A DNA stretch of 64,000 nucleotides. Origin: Fibrobacterales bacterium (GTDB lineage: Bacteria; Fibrobacterota; Fibrobacteria; Fibrobacterales; JAOPTW01). This document shows positions 1-10,892 of this stretch, piece after piece. Position numbers and translations under genes: made by a program. The stretch covers positions 1-64,000 of the forward strand of contig JAOPTW010000036.1 of assembly GCA_051532035.1 (NCBI GenBank), read 5' to 3'. The notes under the pieces are model-generated. The model was given only the letters and a program-made list of their open reading frames with translations, ran no database searches and was not told the origin of the DNA. The first letter of the stretch is position 1, and each line of letters begins with the position of its first letter.

Positions 1-484
1 TAGCCATAATATTATTAAGATAGTTGAGAGATTTAATGCGAGGATTAAGTGCCTCATGATAGTTCCGTGTTGTAGGAACGGTAATTATTTTAAGACCCTC
101 TTCATAGAATTTTGGATCGTATAACTGAATTGAGGCTGCAATACAGATAATCGACGCCTTTTCACACAGATACGGATTTAAGCCAAGAGTACCTTTACCA
201 CGGCTCACAATAAGACGAATATAACCGTCTGTAATACCATTTTTGGCACATGAGTCAATACAGATCTGTTTCATCTCATCTTTAGTAATTCCTACCTTCA
301 ACGCAATTACTTTTGCTGAATCATAGAGTCGATCAATATGATCATCAAGCTTAAAAACGCGGCCATTATAGGCACGAATACCTTCAAATACACCATCACC
401 ATAGAGGAACCCATGGTCAAAAACAGATACAACTGCTTTATCTTTATCGTAAAACTCACCATCTACATAAACGTAATCAGACAT
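1..484 (-). CDS. ilvE: Branched-chain amino acid aminotransferase (class IV PLP enzyme), runs off the window edge
   Basis: Not in the ORF track. Manual translation from ATG at 484 gives MSDYVYVDGEFYDKDKAVVSVFDHGFLYGDGVFEGIRAYNGRVFKLDDHIDRLYDSAK...YIRLIVSRG...RIKSLNYLNN. The start overlaps the cimA stop (TAATG). Confidence 0.93.
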   Translation of the reverse strand, partial: MSDYVYVDGEFYDKDKAVVSVFDHGFLYGDGVFEGIRAYNGRVFKLDDHIDRLYDSAKVIALKVGITKDEMKQICIDSCAKNGITDGYIRLIVSRGKGTLGLNPYLCEKASIICIAASIQLYDPKFYEEGLKIITVPTTRNYHEALNPRIKSLNYLNNIMA

Positions 485-2052
485 TAGTTATTCTCCTTCA
501 TAATTTTATAGCACAAACCATCGAGTAGTGCACTGAATGATGCTTCAATAATATTTGTCGAAACACCTGCGGTGTTCCATGTGGTATCTCCATCACCAAA
601 AGTTGTCCAAACTCGAACCTTTGCATCTGTACCAACATTATCACCCAAAACACGTACTTTATAGTCTTTTAATTTAACTTCGCCCACATAGGGAAAATAT
701 TTTTCAAGGGCAAGACGGAGCGCACCATCAAGGGCGTTAACCGGACCATCTCCCTCTGCAACTCGGTGACTCACATCGCCATCGACTCTTATTTTGATAG
801 AAGACTCAGACACCGAAAGACCATCAGCACGACGTTCTTCGATCACTCTATAGCCCACCACTTCAATAGGGTGTTTAAATTTTCCCAGCTTCTTAGCAGC
901 CATCAACTCAAAGGTCGCACCGGCAGTTTCAAAGTGAAACCCTTCATTCTCCATCTCTTTAACTTCTGTAAGAAGCTCTTTTACAGCGGGGTCTTTTTTG
1001 TCTACATCGGGAACTACTTTCTTGAGGCGATCAACAACAAGTGATCCTCCTGCTTGATCAGACAGAATAAACTCTCTATTATTCCCCACAAGTGACGGAT
1101 CAATATGCTCAAAGCTGTGCTGTACTTTCATAACGCCATCAACATGAGCACCACCCTTATGAGCAAAAGCTGCTTCACCAACATACGGTACCCGTATGTC
1201 ATTAGGGAGGTTTAATATCTCATCGAGATTAACACTCAGGTTGCGTAAATCATTTAAGTTTTCTGCACAGGTAAGGTCCTTACCCATTTTAAGTATCAAG
1301 TTAGGAATGATGGTTATAAGGTTAGCATTGCCGCACCGTTCACCATAGCCATTAATCGTCCCCTGCACCTGCTGTGCACCATATTCTACAGCACTGATTG
1401 AATTTACCACTGCAGAACCCGTATCGTTATGGGTATGAATTCCGAAGGGTATATCAATAATACTTTTCACTGATTCGATTATCTCTTTGAATTCCCAAGG
1501 GAGTGCCATGCCACCATTCGTATCTGCAAGAACCAAACAATCTGCGCCACCTTTTTGGGCGGCAAGGATTGTTTGTAGGGCATACTCTGGATTCGCTTTA
1601 TACCCATCAAAAAAGTGTTCTGCATCGTAAAAGACTTCATCGCTATATTTTTTCAAATAGGCAATTGAAGATTCGATCATTTCAAGATTCTCTTCGAGCC
1701 CCACACGAATAACATCAGTTGCATGAAGATCCCAGCTCTTTCCAAAAATAGTTATCACTTCAGTCTCTGCTCGAACAAGGCTATTGAGAATGACATCGTC
1801 TTCGACACTATTTTTAGGACGGCGTGTTGAACCAAATGCTGCAATCTTTGTCTTTTGATGATTGAACGACTTTACTTTTTTAAAATACTCTACATCAAGT
1901 TCACTTGTAGGATTAGGCCAACCACCTTCAATATAATCGACACCAAAGTCAATCAATTTTTCAGTAGCCATCAACTTATCTGCAAGTGAAAATGAGAGAC
2001 CTCGAGCTTGGTTACCATCACGAAGGGTAGTATCATATATTTTTACAGTCAT
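484..2052 (-). CDS. cimA: Citramalate synthase (LeuA/CimA DRE-TIM family)
   Basis: YDTTLRDGNQ, YIEGGWP, FGKSWDLH, YDAEHFFDGY, HTHND and GERCGNANL motifs, plus a C-terminal LeuA regulatory domain (GDGPVNALD). Confidence 0.88.
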   Translation of the reverse strand: MTVKIYDTTLRDGNQARGLSFSLADKLMATEKLIDFGVDYIEGGWPNPTSELDVEYFKKVKSFNHQKTKIAAFGSTRRPKNSVEDDVILNSLVRAETEVITIFGKSWDLHATDVIRVGLEENLEMIESSIAYLKKYSDEVFYDAEHFFDGYKANPEYALQTILAAQKGGADCLVLADTNGGMALPWEFKEIIESVKSIIDIPFGIHTHNDTGSAVVNSISAVEYGAQQVQGTINGYGERCGNANLITIIPNLILKMGKDLTCAENLNDLRNLSVNLDEILNLPNDIRVPYVGEAAFAHKGGAHVDGVMKVQHSFEHIDPSLVGNNREFILSDQAGGSLVVDRLKKVVPDVDKKDPAVKELLTEVKEMENEGFHFETAGATFELMAAKKLGKFKHPIEVVGYRVIEERRADGLSVSESSIKIRVDGDVSHRVAEGDGPVNALDGALRLALEKYFPYVGEVKLKDYKVRVLGDNVGTDAKVRVWTTFGDGDTTWNTAGVSTNIIEASFSALLDGLCYKIMKENN

Positions 2053-2089
2053 ACGTATCTCGTTTGTTTAAAGGTTCCCAAGCCGATTG

Positions 2090-2115
2090 TTCAGACTGGG
2101 AATACCCAGTCTGAA
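2090..2115. other. Perfect 11-bp stem-loop between leuB and cimA
   Basis: TTCAGACTGGG-aata-CCCAGTCTGAA with no U-tract; possibly an mRNA-stabilising or processing hairpin. Confidence 0.5.
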
Positions 2116-2124
2116 TATCTCTTC

Positions 2125-3234
<1,110 letters not shown>

Positions 3235-3390
3235 TTAACAGGCAATTATTGTCTAATTTGGACCAAAATGTAGCAATTTTCGCTCAAAAAACTACTACTT
3301 ATCACCCCTAAGATACAGATCTGTAGGTAAATAGTTCAGTGAAATTTTAACGATTTAAAAGTGAGAAACAAGAGGTCAAAAAGAAACGAA

Positions 3391-3660
3391 TTACGCCTCT
3401 TCGTCATCAATGTATAACATTTTCACTTGTACATGGAGATAATCAAGTCGACTATCATAGAGAGACTTACATTTTTCATATAACTCTTCAGATACTCTAT
3501 CTGGATGCGTAAGGGCAACGAGTTCATTGAGGACATCCCAATTGGTTGCCCCCCTCACAGAATATGGAGTCCCATCCAACATATCAACAATTGCTTTGTG
3601 CCAAAAATGGTATTCATTATATCCCGATATTTTTAACACGCTCTTTCGATCCTTACACAC
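3391..3660 (-). CDS. Small hypothetical protein
   Basis: 89-aa ORF with GTG start, co-oriented with its neighbours and filling the gap; no motif recognised. Confidence 0.45.
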   Translation of the reverse strand: MCKDRKSVLKISGYNEYHFWHKAIVDMLDGTPYSVRGATNWDVLNELVALTHPDRVSEELYEKCKSLYDSRLDYLHVQVKMLYIDDEEA

Positions 3661-3700
3661 GATATTTTATCTAAATATGCAAAACATCTGTACAACGAAA

Positions 3701-3726
3701 TTGGGGTAAAAATGGGGTAACCCACT
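3701..3726. promoter_or_regulatory. Tandem TACCCCA-type repeat, candidate regulator binding site
   Basis: Minus strand reads AGTGGGTTACCCCATTTTTACCCCAA; related motifs occur at 4789-4820 and 5631-5640. Confidence 0.45.
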
Positions 3727-3744
3727 TGAGCACTCCATAAAAAA

Positions 3745-4644
3745 CTACCCATCTATTGAGTCACTTTTCTGGAAAAGATCAACAAGATACTCTCTCAAAT
3801 TAACCGATGCGTTCTGAATACCCAATTTCTTTCGTACATTTTTACGATAAGATGACACGGTCTGATGCCCTACATTCATAAAGGTTGCAATCTCTTTTGA
3901 TGCATATCCTTGCCGAATAAGATGCGCCATTTCTAGCTCTTTTGCAGAAAGTACCTTGAGGGCACTTTGAATTTTTTCACTACCGAGGCCAGAGAGTGAG
4001 AGTGTAATCGACTCAAGGAGAGTCACCATGTCCTTTTTTGAGAAGTTATTAAACTTCAAGTTGTGAATTGCTGGTTCAAGAAGCTGCACTATAGAAGTAT
4101 AAATACGTGCTTGACTCTTTTTGCGCTCCTCAGCCATCGACTCAATAACATTAACCGCCGCGTCTCCCTGACGCTCTAATTTTTCATTCTCCTCCAAAAG
4201 CTGCTCATTCTTTTTTAAGATCTTTCGCTGCATGTTTTGGAGTTCAGAAATATCAGTAATGGTTTTCACCAAGAAGGAGCCATAGGCGCACATAACTTTT
4301 TGGGCCGAAGCCTGTACATGGAGAACATCACCACATTTCCGGGTCAATTCCACCTGTAAGTCATTTTGACCACTATTTTCTGTAATAAGAGCCGTGAATA
4401 TTGACGCACTGCTTTCACTGTAGAGTTCACCAAAAAGCCCATGAGCTTTTAATAAAAGCTCTGCCTCTTCATAGCCGGTTATTGATAAAAACCCTTTACT
4501 TGCCATAAAAAAAGTGAGCCGTAGAGGGTTCTCATTTTTTATTTCATAAATGGCTATTCCTGTATTCGCTTCCTTTACAGTCGCCTCTAACAGAGAATAT
4601 TTTTTATCGAAATTTTCGTCAGCTCTACTCAAGCATCCCTCCAC
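3745..4644 (-). CDS. PAS-domain LuxR-family transcriptional regulator
   Basis: N-terminal PAS-like region, coiled coil, and C-terminal LuxR HTH (LSAKELEMAHLIRQGYASKEIATFMNVGHQTVSSYRKNVRKKLG). Confidence 0.85.
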   Translation of the reverse strand: MEGCLSRADENFDKKYSLLEATVKEANTGIAIYEIKNENPLRLTFFMASKGFLSITGYEEAELLLKAHGLFGELYSESSASIFTALITENSGQNDLQVELTRKCGDVLHVQASAQKVMCAYGSFLVKTITDISELQNMQRKILKKNEQLLEENEKLERQGDAAVNVIESMAEERKKSQARIYTSIVQLLEPAIHNLKFNNFSKKDMVTLLESITLSLSGLGSEKIQSALKVLSAKELEMAHLIRQGYASKEIATFMNVGHQTVSSYRKNVRKKLGIQNASVNLREYLVDLFQKSDSIDG

Positions 4645-4788
4645 ACAGTCAAATTAAAGCAAAACATCTCTGTTTTATAGATGAAACAGAGATCAAAAAA
4701 GTCAAAACAACCTAGGAACATGTTTCCATTTATTATTTAGAATTCGATAAAATTAGCAACATTTTGTCCTCTTTAAATGATGTTAAAC

Positions 4789-4820
4789 TGGGGTACCCAC
4801 TACCCCATTCCTAACCCATA
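4789..4820. promoter_or_regulatory. Tandem/inverted TACCCCA-type repeat upstream of the LuxR gene
   Basis: TGGGGTACCCACTACCCCATTCCTAACCCATA. Confidence 0.45.
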
Positions 4821-4839
4821 AGTCCATTTTTTATACCAT

Positions 4840-5586
4840 TTATGCATATTGGTACTTATGATTGATACTGAATAGGGATGTCATATGCGAAATAGAAAAA
4901 AGATTCATCAGTTCTGGAGATACGCCAGTAAGTCGAAAACTGCTCGCCTTTGGTGATCGCTTCAGATAAACCGAGAAGAGAATCATGACACTCAATATCT
5001 CTGAACTCATCTCATGAGATTGCAGTAAACAGAGTTCACACTCTCCCACTTCACTTTTCAGCCACCCAAAGAGAATTGAGCGAAATTCATGGAGAGTATC
5101 TGAAGTGATTTCACGAATGGGTGAAATTAACAGCTTCTCATCTGTCTGAACAAGGCCCCAATCAAAATCAGGGGAAAGGGTTATATAGAGAGAGACCTTT
5201 CCTGTTACTGGACTCGTAAGAACTTCATCGGCAAATTGATGCACAAGACTCAGACCTTTCTGCCCGACAAATGTTTGTGGCCTTTCAATACTCTCTACCA
5301 AATCAGTTTGAGAAACCCCAGAGCCTTCATCAATTACTATCAACTGAAACCGATCCCCCGCAAGAGCCTTAAGAGTGATAGAGACCATTTTTGCACTATC
5401 AAGGGTATTACCGTGAATAACCGCATTGCGTACCAGCTCATGTATCACCTGTTCAAGGGGGACTCGATTGTACTCCCCCCGTTTTAGGACAAAATAAGAG
5501 AGATCTAATACAACTCGATCAATATAGTCGAGTCTACTTTCAAAATCTACCGTTACTGTGCCGCTATCTTTTCTCAATTTATACAT
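4840..5586 (-). CDS. RsbW-like HATPase (anti-sigma kinase) fused to a STAS-like domain
   Basis: HELVRNAVIHGN, IDEGSG and GQKGLSLV boxes; C-terminal STAS-like region (EMSSEILSVMI...RLTGVSPELMNLFSISHM). Confidence 0.7.
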   Translation of the reverse strand: MYKLRKDSGTVTVDFESRLDYIDRVVLDLSYFVLKRGEYNRVPLEQVIHELVRNAVIHGNTLDSAKMVSITLKALAGDRFQLIVIDEGSGVSQTDLVESIERPQTFVGQKGLSLVHQFADEVLTSPVTGKVSLYITLSPDFDWGLVQTDEKLLISPIREITSDTLHEFRSILFGWLKSEVGECELCLLQSHEMSSEILSVMILFSVYLKRSPKASSFRLTGVSPELMNLFSISHMTSLFSINHKYQYA

Positions 5587-5662
5587 AGTACTCTTCTTAG
5601 TTTATTACTTATACTGCACTCACAAACAAATACCCCATTCAAACACTGGTACAAGTTATTCC

Positions 5663-6049
5663 TCACGATACTAACTGCCGATTACCCACTCTATCAATCA
5701 AAGCCAATACCTGTCCATCGGTAAAAGGCTTTTCGATAATATCTGTACACCCTGAATCGGCCAACTGCGATTTGATTTCTTCATCAATAGATCCTGTAAT
5801 TGCAATAACCGTAATGTCGGGAAATAGTAACCGAATTTCTCCTGCGAGAATGTCTCCCCGTTTACCCGGCATATGAATATCAGTAATTAAAAAGTCGATA
5901 GCAAAGGATTCTCCAATTGCTTCTTTACCCAATTCCATTGCATTCTGTGCATTATCCACAGAAAATACTGTATGCCCTGCAGACTGTAGAACGAGCTCTA
6001 AGGTAGTCCTAATGTCATGCTCGTCGTCTACTATAATAAAGCTACTCAT
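5663..6049 (-). CDS. Single-domain response regulator (CheY-like receiver)
   Basis: IVDDE, ITDIHMPG, AITG and IEKPF motifs. Confidence 0.92.
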   Translation of the reverse strand: MSSFIIVDDEHDIRTTLELVLQSAGHTVFSVDNAQNAMELGKEAIGESFAIDFLITDIHMPGKRGDILAGEIRLLFPDITVIAITGSIDEEIKSQLADSGCTDIIEKPFTDGQVLALIDRVGNRQLVS

Positions 6050-6080
6050 ACCAATCCTTATTTAACCTCATAACTGAGTA

Positions 6081-6097
6081 AGCAAATGCCGTGCCTA
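6081..6097 (-). promoter_or_regulatory. Sigma-54 (-24/-12) promoter of the receiver gene
   Basis: Minus strand TAGGCACGGCATTTGCT (GG-N10-GC), close to the TGGCACG-N4-TTGC consensus and about 30 bp upstream of the ATG at 6049. Confidence 0.8.
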
Positions 6098-6101
6098 AAC
6101 T

Positions 6102-6124
6102 AAAAAAGCCCCAAAAGGGGCTTT
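6102..6124 (-). terminator. Intrinsic terminator after the NtrC-family gene
   Basis: Minus strand AAAGCCCC-TTTT-GGGGCTTTTTT. Confidence 0.75.
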
Positions 6125-6204
6125 AAACAATTTTTTTTTATGTTAGATCAAAAAAGGTGAGTGGAAAACCGTCAAATATTCAGGACAGCCTTACCATAGA
6201 GCGT

Positions 6205-7557
6205 CTAGTTAATAGACTCTTTAACCACAGTAAATACCGTCTGTTTTGACACCCCCAGCAAGCGAGCGGCCGATGTTTTGTTGCCATTACAATACTCAAT
6301 AGCCTCTCTCACTGCGGTAATACGTATTTCACTCATAGTAGGGAATGCAGAGAAGTTAAATGAGACAGAATCATTAGGCTGCTCTTCTCCGGCACTAGTA
6401 AAGTGATAAGACCCACTCCCTGATATGACGCGATTTGCAACAATACCCTCTAATTCACGAATATTTCCATTGAGAGGCTTTTCAACCACACCTCGCTCGA
6501 TTTCTCGGGCAAGAGAGACCAATTGATCATCGCTTATTGCTTCATCATATTTTCGAATAAAGCACTGAATCAGAAGCGGAATATCTTCAAGTCTTTCGCT
6601 CAAAGGAGGAACATGCAAGCGATGTGCCGCGAGCCTATAATAGAGATCTTTTCTAAACTGGGGGAGTGCTTCTAGGTCTCGGTTAGTGGCCAACACAATC
6701 CACGCTTTACTTCTTTTTAACCGATCAGCACCGATAGGCTGAAACTCATCTTCTTGTAACAATCTCAGTAACTTCACCTGGGATTCAGGTGAGAGTTCAC
6801 CAATCTCATCCAAAAAGAGTGTCCCCCCACTCGCCTGCTCAATCACCCCTTCACGATTTGAATCCGCTCCCGTAAATCCACCTTTTACATGACCAAACAG
6901 GGTATCAGAAAAGACCGAATCATCGATACCCGCCACATTACATGCAACAAAGGGGGCATCAGGGTGTCGCACATTGTGCAGTGCACGAGCCATCAATTCC
7001 TTTCCTGTACCTGTATCCCCTGTAATAAGTACCGGGAGTGGCGACACTGCGATAGCCTCTGCATAAGAGAACAGGTTCTGCATGAGTGGTGACCCTGTGA
7101 CAATCTCATTAAAAGCAGTACCATTTTCAACAACACTCGACAGTACTTTATTCTGAATGAGACGATTTTCATCACGAAGCTGATGTTCACCTGCAATATT
7201 GGCAATGGTTGTGGAGAGGCGTTTATCATCAAGGGGCTTCATGATATAATCTTTCGCCCCGAGTCTCATACAGGTTATAACAGTCTCTACATCCATTATC
7301 CCCGAAATTATGATCACTGAAATATGGGGGAACTCATCGGTGATTTGCTTAAGGAGTTCCTCTCCCGAAATGTGGGGCATGGTCAAATCAAGAGAGACAA
7401 TGTCAACGGGGTTATTTCTTAAAAATCCAATTACTTCGCGAGAATCTACCACAGTATTTACTTGGCTAAACCCATATGACTGCAGAGTGAGTAATGCTGT
7501 CTCAAGAAACCCAGCCTCATCATCTACTAATAATATTTTTTGTGTAAACTCTTTCAT
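6205..7557 (-). CDS. NtrC-family sigma-54-dependent response regulator
   Basis: Receiver (LVDDE, LDLTMP), AAA+ domain (GDTGTGKE, LFGHVKGGFTGA, LFLDEIGE, FRKDLYYRL) and Fis-type HTH. Confidence 0.93.
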   Translation of the reverse strand: MKEFTQKILLVDDEAGFLETALLTLQSYGFSQVNTVVDSREVIGFLRNNPVDIVSLDLTMPHISGEELLKQITDEFPHISVIIISGIMDVETVITCMRLGAKDYIMKPLDDKRLSTTIANIAGEHQLRDENRLIQNKVLSSVVENGTAFNEIVTGSPLMQNLFSYAEAIAVSPLPVLITGDTGTGKELMARALHNVRHPDAPFVACNVAGIDDSVFSDTLFGHVKGGFTGADSNREGVIEQASGGTLFLDEIGELSPESQVKLLRLLQEDEFQPIGADRLKRSKAWIVLATNRDLEALPQFRKDLYYRLAAHRLHVPPLSERLEDIPLLIQCFIRKYDEAISDDQLVSLAREIERGVVEKPLNGNIRELEGIVANRVISGSGSYHFTSAGEEQPNDSVSFNFSAFPTMSEIRITAVREAIEYCNGNKTSAARLLGVSKQTVFTVVKESIN

Positions 7558-7569
7558 TGTACTTCCTTT

Positions 7570-9498
7570 TTAACACTCAACTTTTTCTACAAGGGGTATT
7601 CGAACGTATGCGCGTGTTCCTTTACCAAGGGCCGACTCATAGTGGAGCATGCCATTATGCGCTTCAACAATAGTATGTGAAACTGAAAGCCCCAACCCTG
7701 TGCCCCCATGATCTCTATTTGTTGTAAAAAATGGGTCTTTAATTTTTTTCATTGTTTCTGGTGACATACCGCACCCTTCATCAATTACCGAAATAATTGC
7801 ATCTTCAGCATCACACTCAATTACGACTGTAATCGACTGCGGGCGCTGTGTGAGCGCTTGACAGGCATTAGTCAACAAATTGATAACCACCTGCTCTAAC
7901 TGCTGTGCATTGCCCTTAACTGCAATTTCTATTGGGGCATAACTTACCGCGAAATGGTCTGTCGCTTTTGATACGACATTTTGCACAATCATTACTGCCT
8001 CTTTCACCACAGTATTTACCAGCACTCTACCATCAAGTCTACCAGTGTCTACTCGTACAAACTCTTTGAGGCTATGCACAATCCCTTTAATACGATCACT
8101 CCCCATGCTGATACTATTGAGAAGTTCTGCAAACTTATCTCGCACCTGAAGATACTGTAAATTATTGAGTCGAAGGTCCGGGTCTTCTGCGACAGCATCA
8201 TCAAGCACAGGAATAACATCATGCCACACTTTTTGTAAAAAGGTGGCATTAAGCATTACCAAATTATTGGGGTTGTTGATTTCATGCGCCACCCCCGATA
8301 CCAATATCCCAAGACTTGCCATTTTGTCTGCCTGACGGAGCTGTTCCTGCTGTACTTTTTCCCGTGCCTCATACTCTTTATGGGCACTAATATCTTGAGA
8401 AGTAATAGCGAAATAAGCAAAACCCTCTGCATCATCAGGCACCAAAGAAATATTGTGTTGAAAAGTACACTGCGCTCCGGAACTCTTAGTCCAAATAGTT
8501 TCTCTGGTTGAGTGCCGTATTCGATTGACCAACATTAAGGTACAATACTTACGTACCTCATCACACTCTTCTTCTTTCCAAAAAGGGAGTGTCCAAAAGT
8601 CTTTCCCCAAGGTTCCCGGTTGTTCAAGAATACGCTCTGCAGCACTATTCACCATCAGCACTGTGCCATCTACTCTGATCAACCAAAATATTTCATCAAT
8701 ATTATCGGCAATTTGTTGAAACCGGAGAGTACTCTCTTCAAGCCTGAGAGCAAGCTCTTTCCTTTCAGTTATATCTGTAAGAGATCCTACGACCTTAGTA
8801 AGTACACCATTTTCATAGACTGGTTCTGCTTTTGTCCGTACCCAACGTCTATTTTTTCTAAACGTTGTAAAGGGAAGTTCAAAATCAAACTCTACACCAC
8901 TCGAGATCAATTGATTAAATGATTCCATTACCTGTTTTCGATATTCACTAGGGTAACATTGAAGGCTCTCTTCAATCAGATCAAAAGATGGATCTACTGG
9001 CATCTCGTGAATAACATACATACCCTTAGTCCAATATATTTCTTTAGTGAGTAGGGTATATTCCCAGCCCCCCGTTTTATTGAGCTTTTCTATATCTATA
9101 CCCAGGCGTTCATTACGCATCAACTCTTCACGAGCCGAAATATACGAAGAGATGTCCCTCACACAACAAATATAATAACAACCAAGGAGGCGTACTGGCC
9201 TACTGACGTTCACTTCGACCGGTAACCGGTCTCCATCCCCCTTTACAAAACTTGTCTTTAATGCACAACGCTCCCCTGGTAACAAGGCAGTAAGGGTATC
9301 AAAGATCCGGTCCCCAAGAACCACTCCTTCGAGGTCACTAATTGTCAATGCATGTAATGCTTTCTCACTATAACCAAGACTCTTAAGTGCTGCATGATTA
9401 CAGTGACTAATAGCGCCCGACTCAGAAAGAACGAGCAGGGCATCTGGCGCAGACTCAAGAAGAAGCTCAATTTCATTTTGTAATATTTGTTCAGGCAC
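7570..9498 (-). CDS. Cytoplasmic multi-PAS sensor histidine kinase
   Basis: Three PAS-like regions, H-box GVAHEINNP, N-box QVVINLLTNA, DEGCGM, PFFTT and GTGLGL; no transmembrane segment. Confidence 0.93.
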   Translation of the reverse strand: MPEQILQNEIELLLESAPDALLVLSESGAISHCNHAALKSLGYSEKALHALTISDLEGVVLGDRIFDTLTALLPGERCALKTSFVKGDGDRLPVEVNVSRPVRLLGCYYICCVRDISSYISAREELMRNERLGIDIEKLNKTGGWEYTLLTKEIYWTKGMYVIHEMPVDPSFDLIEESLQCYPSEYRKQVMESFNQLISSGVEFDFELPFTTFRKNRRWVRTKAEPVYENGVLTKVVGSLTDITERKELALRLEESTLRFQQIADNIDEIFWLIRVDGTVLMVNSAAERILEQPGTLGKDFWTLPFWKEEECDEVRKYCTLMLVNRIRHSTRETIWTKSSGAQCTFQHNISLVPDDAEGFAYFAITSQDISAHKEYEAREKVQQEQLRQADKMASLGILVSGVAHEINNPNNLVMLNATFLQKVWHDVIPVLDDAVAEDPDLRLNNLQYLQVRDKFAELLNSISMGSDRIKGIVHSLKEFVRVDTGRLDGRVLVNTVVKEAVMIVQNVVSKATDHFAVSYAPIEIAVKGNAQQLEQVVINLLTNACQALTQRPQSITVVIECDAEDAIISVIDEGCGMSPETMKKIKDPFFTTNRDHGGTGLGLSVSHTIVEAHNGMLHYESALGKGTRAYVRIPLVEKVEC

Positions 9499-9612
9499 AA
9501 TCTCTCATACTGCTTGTACACAAGCATTGGTTACAGCTATCGTTATATTTTATACTATTATACTTACGAAAGAGGTGTCATAACACCCCAAAAAACAAAA
9601 TCTTGTGGGAAT

Positions 9613-10101
9613 TCACTCAGGATGATAGAGAGAGTCCAATAATTGGCCCCACTTATCATTATAGGGGTGCACTCTATTGGTCAACTCCCCGCGCCGTACG
9701 ACACTGTGACCTTCGGCAACCCATTTGAAAATAGAACCCTTAAGATTATAGACTCTCATTTTAACCTCATCAGGAAGATCATCTGCAAGTTTCGATGAAC
9801 GCACTCCCACAGAACAATAGAGTACCACTACTTTACCTTTTAAAGAATCGTCAGTAAAATCAAAACTCGATTGATACCATAAAGCCCCCGGTAAGTGACT
9901 CAATACATATTCTTCCCTATCTCGTACATCTAAAAAAAGAACAGAATCTTTTTTTAGATGCGCAGCCTCTGCTACAGACATTTGTTGCACAGCGGGATAT
10001 TCTGAATCGATGTAGGCGTATATAGAATTCCACTCAGGCTTAAGCCCTCCATTACATGCCGAAACCAAGACCCAAACAGCAATCCACACGAGTGGTTTCA
10101 T
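9613..10101 (-). CDS. Rhodanese-domain lipoprotein
   Basis: LDVRDREEYVLSHLPGA, YCSVGVRSS and NLKGSIFKW motifs. Likely start MKPLVW at 10101 with lipobox VSAC (ORF track starts at 10143). Confidence 0.85.
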   Translation of the reverse strand: MKPLVWIAVWVLVSACNGGLKPEWNSIYAYIDSEYPAVQQMSVAEAAHLKKDSVLFLDVRDREEYVLSHLPGALWYQSSFDFTDDSLKGKVVVLYCSVGVRSSKLADDLPDEVKMRVYNLKGSIFKWVAEGHSVVRRGELTNRVHPYNDKWGQLLDSLYHPE

Positions 10102-10147
10102 ACTGAGCCGAATCGAGGAGTGTATAATAGTCATAGTACCCAACGTT

Positions 10148-10750
10148 TTAAAGAATCATCTTTTGAATCTCTTTGAACTCTGGGGTTCCCGCCTTTTCGA
10201 GCCACTCAAAGACCACCATTTCAGCAGTTACCAGTTGAGCACCATTTTTTGACATACGTTCTATACCCGCATTCCAGTTAAGTTCACTGCGCGATCCGCA
10301 GGCATCAACTACCGGATAGACCCAGCCATTGGTATGCACCATCAAATCAAGCACCGTCTGCAATACACACACGTGGGTCTCTATGCCACACACAACAATT
10401 TGATCTCTTCCTAGCTCTTTCAATTTTGAAAAGAGCCCTTGAGTTTCAGCATCTTCTGTTCCCAGCGCACTAAAAACTGTTTTTTCATAAACCGGAATAG
10501 TTTCTTCAAGAGCAAGTTCAGGGTGTGTATGGCCCAACCCCTTAGAGTACTGCTCTGTGGCCAGAACTGGTACTCCGAGAACTCGAGCAGACTCTAATAA
10601 GAGTGCTGTATTAGCAAGAACTTCTTCGGCATTAAATACCGAAGGCACAAGTCGTTCTTGTATATCAATTATCAATAATACTGACTTATCTAGATTAAGG
10701 AGTGCATCAGAATGTTGTAATGCCCCCTGTTTCATAAACGGTGAATTCAT
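10148..10750 (-). CDS. Isochorismatase-family cysteine hydrolase
   Basis: IDIQERL, TEQYSKGLGHT, EKTVFS and GIETHVCVLQT (Asp-Lys-Cys triad). Confidence 0.9.
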   Translation of the reverse strand: MNSPFMKQGALQHSDALLNLDKSVLLIIDIQERLVPSVFNAEEVLANTALLLESARVLGVPVLATEQYSKGLGHTHPELALEETIPVYEKTVFSALGTEDAETQGLFSKLKELGRDQIVVCGIETHVCVLQTVLDLMVHTNGWVYPVVDACGSRSELNWNAGIERMSKNGAQLVTAEMVVFEWLEKAGTPEFKEIQKMIL

Positions 10751-10843
10751 AGTAAGTGAACCTCAAATTTTGGTATATGTAGTTTTAAGCTCTCATGCAC
10801 AAAGCATGTTTGAAGTATATATATTGATTTAACCTATAGATAC

Positions 10844-10873
10844 AAAAAAAGCGGCCCCATAAGGACCGCTTTT
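10844..10873 (-). terminator. Intrinsic terminator after ilvC
   Basis: AAAAAAAGCGGcCC-cataa-GGaCCGCTTTT hairpin, with the U-tract on the minus strand. Confidence 0.7.
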
Positions 10874-10892
10874 AGAATTTCAAAAACTGCGA

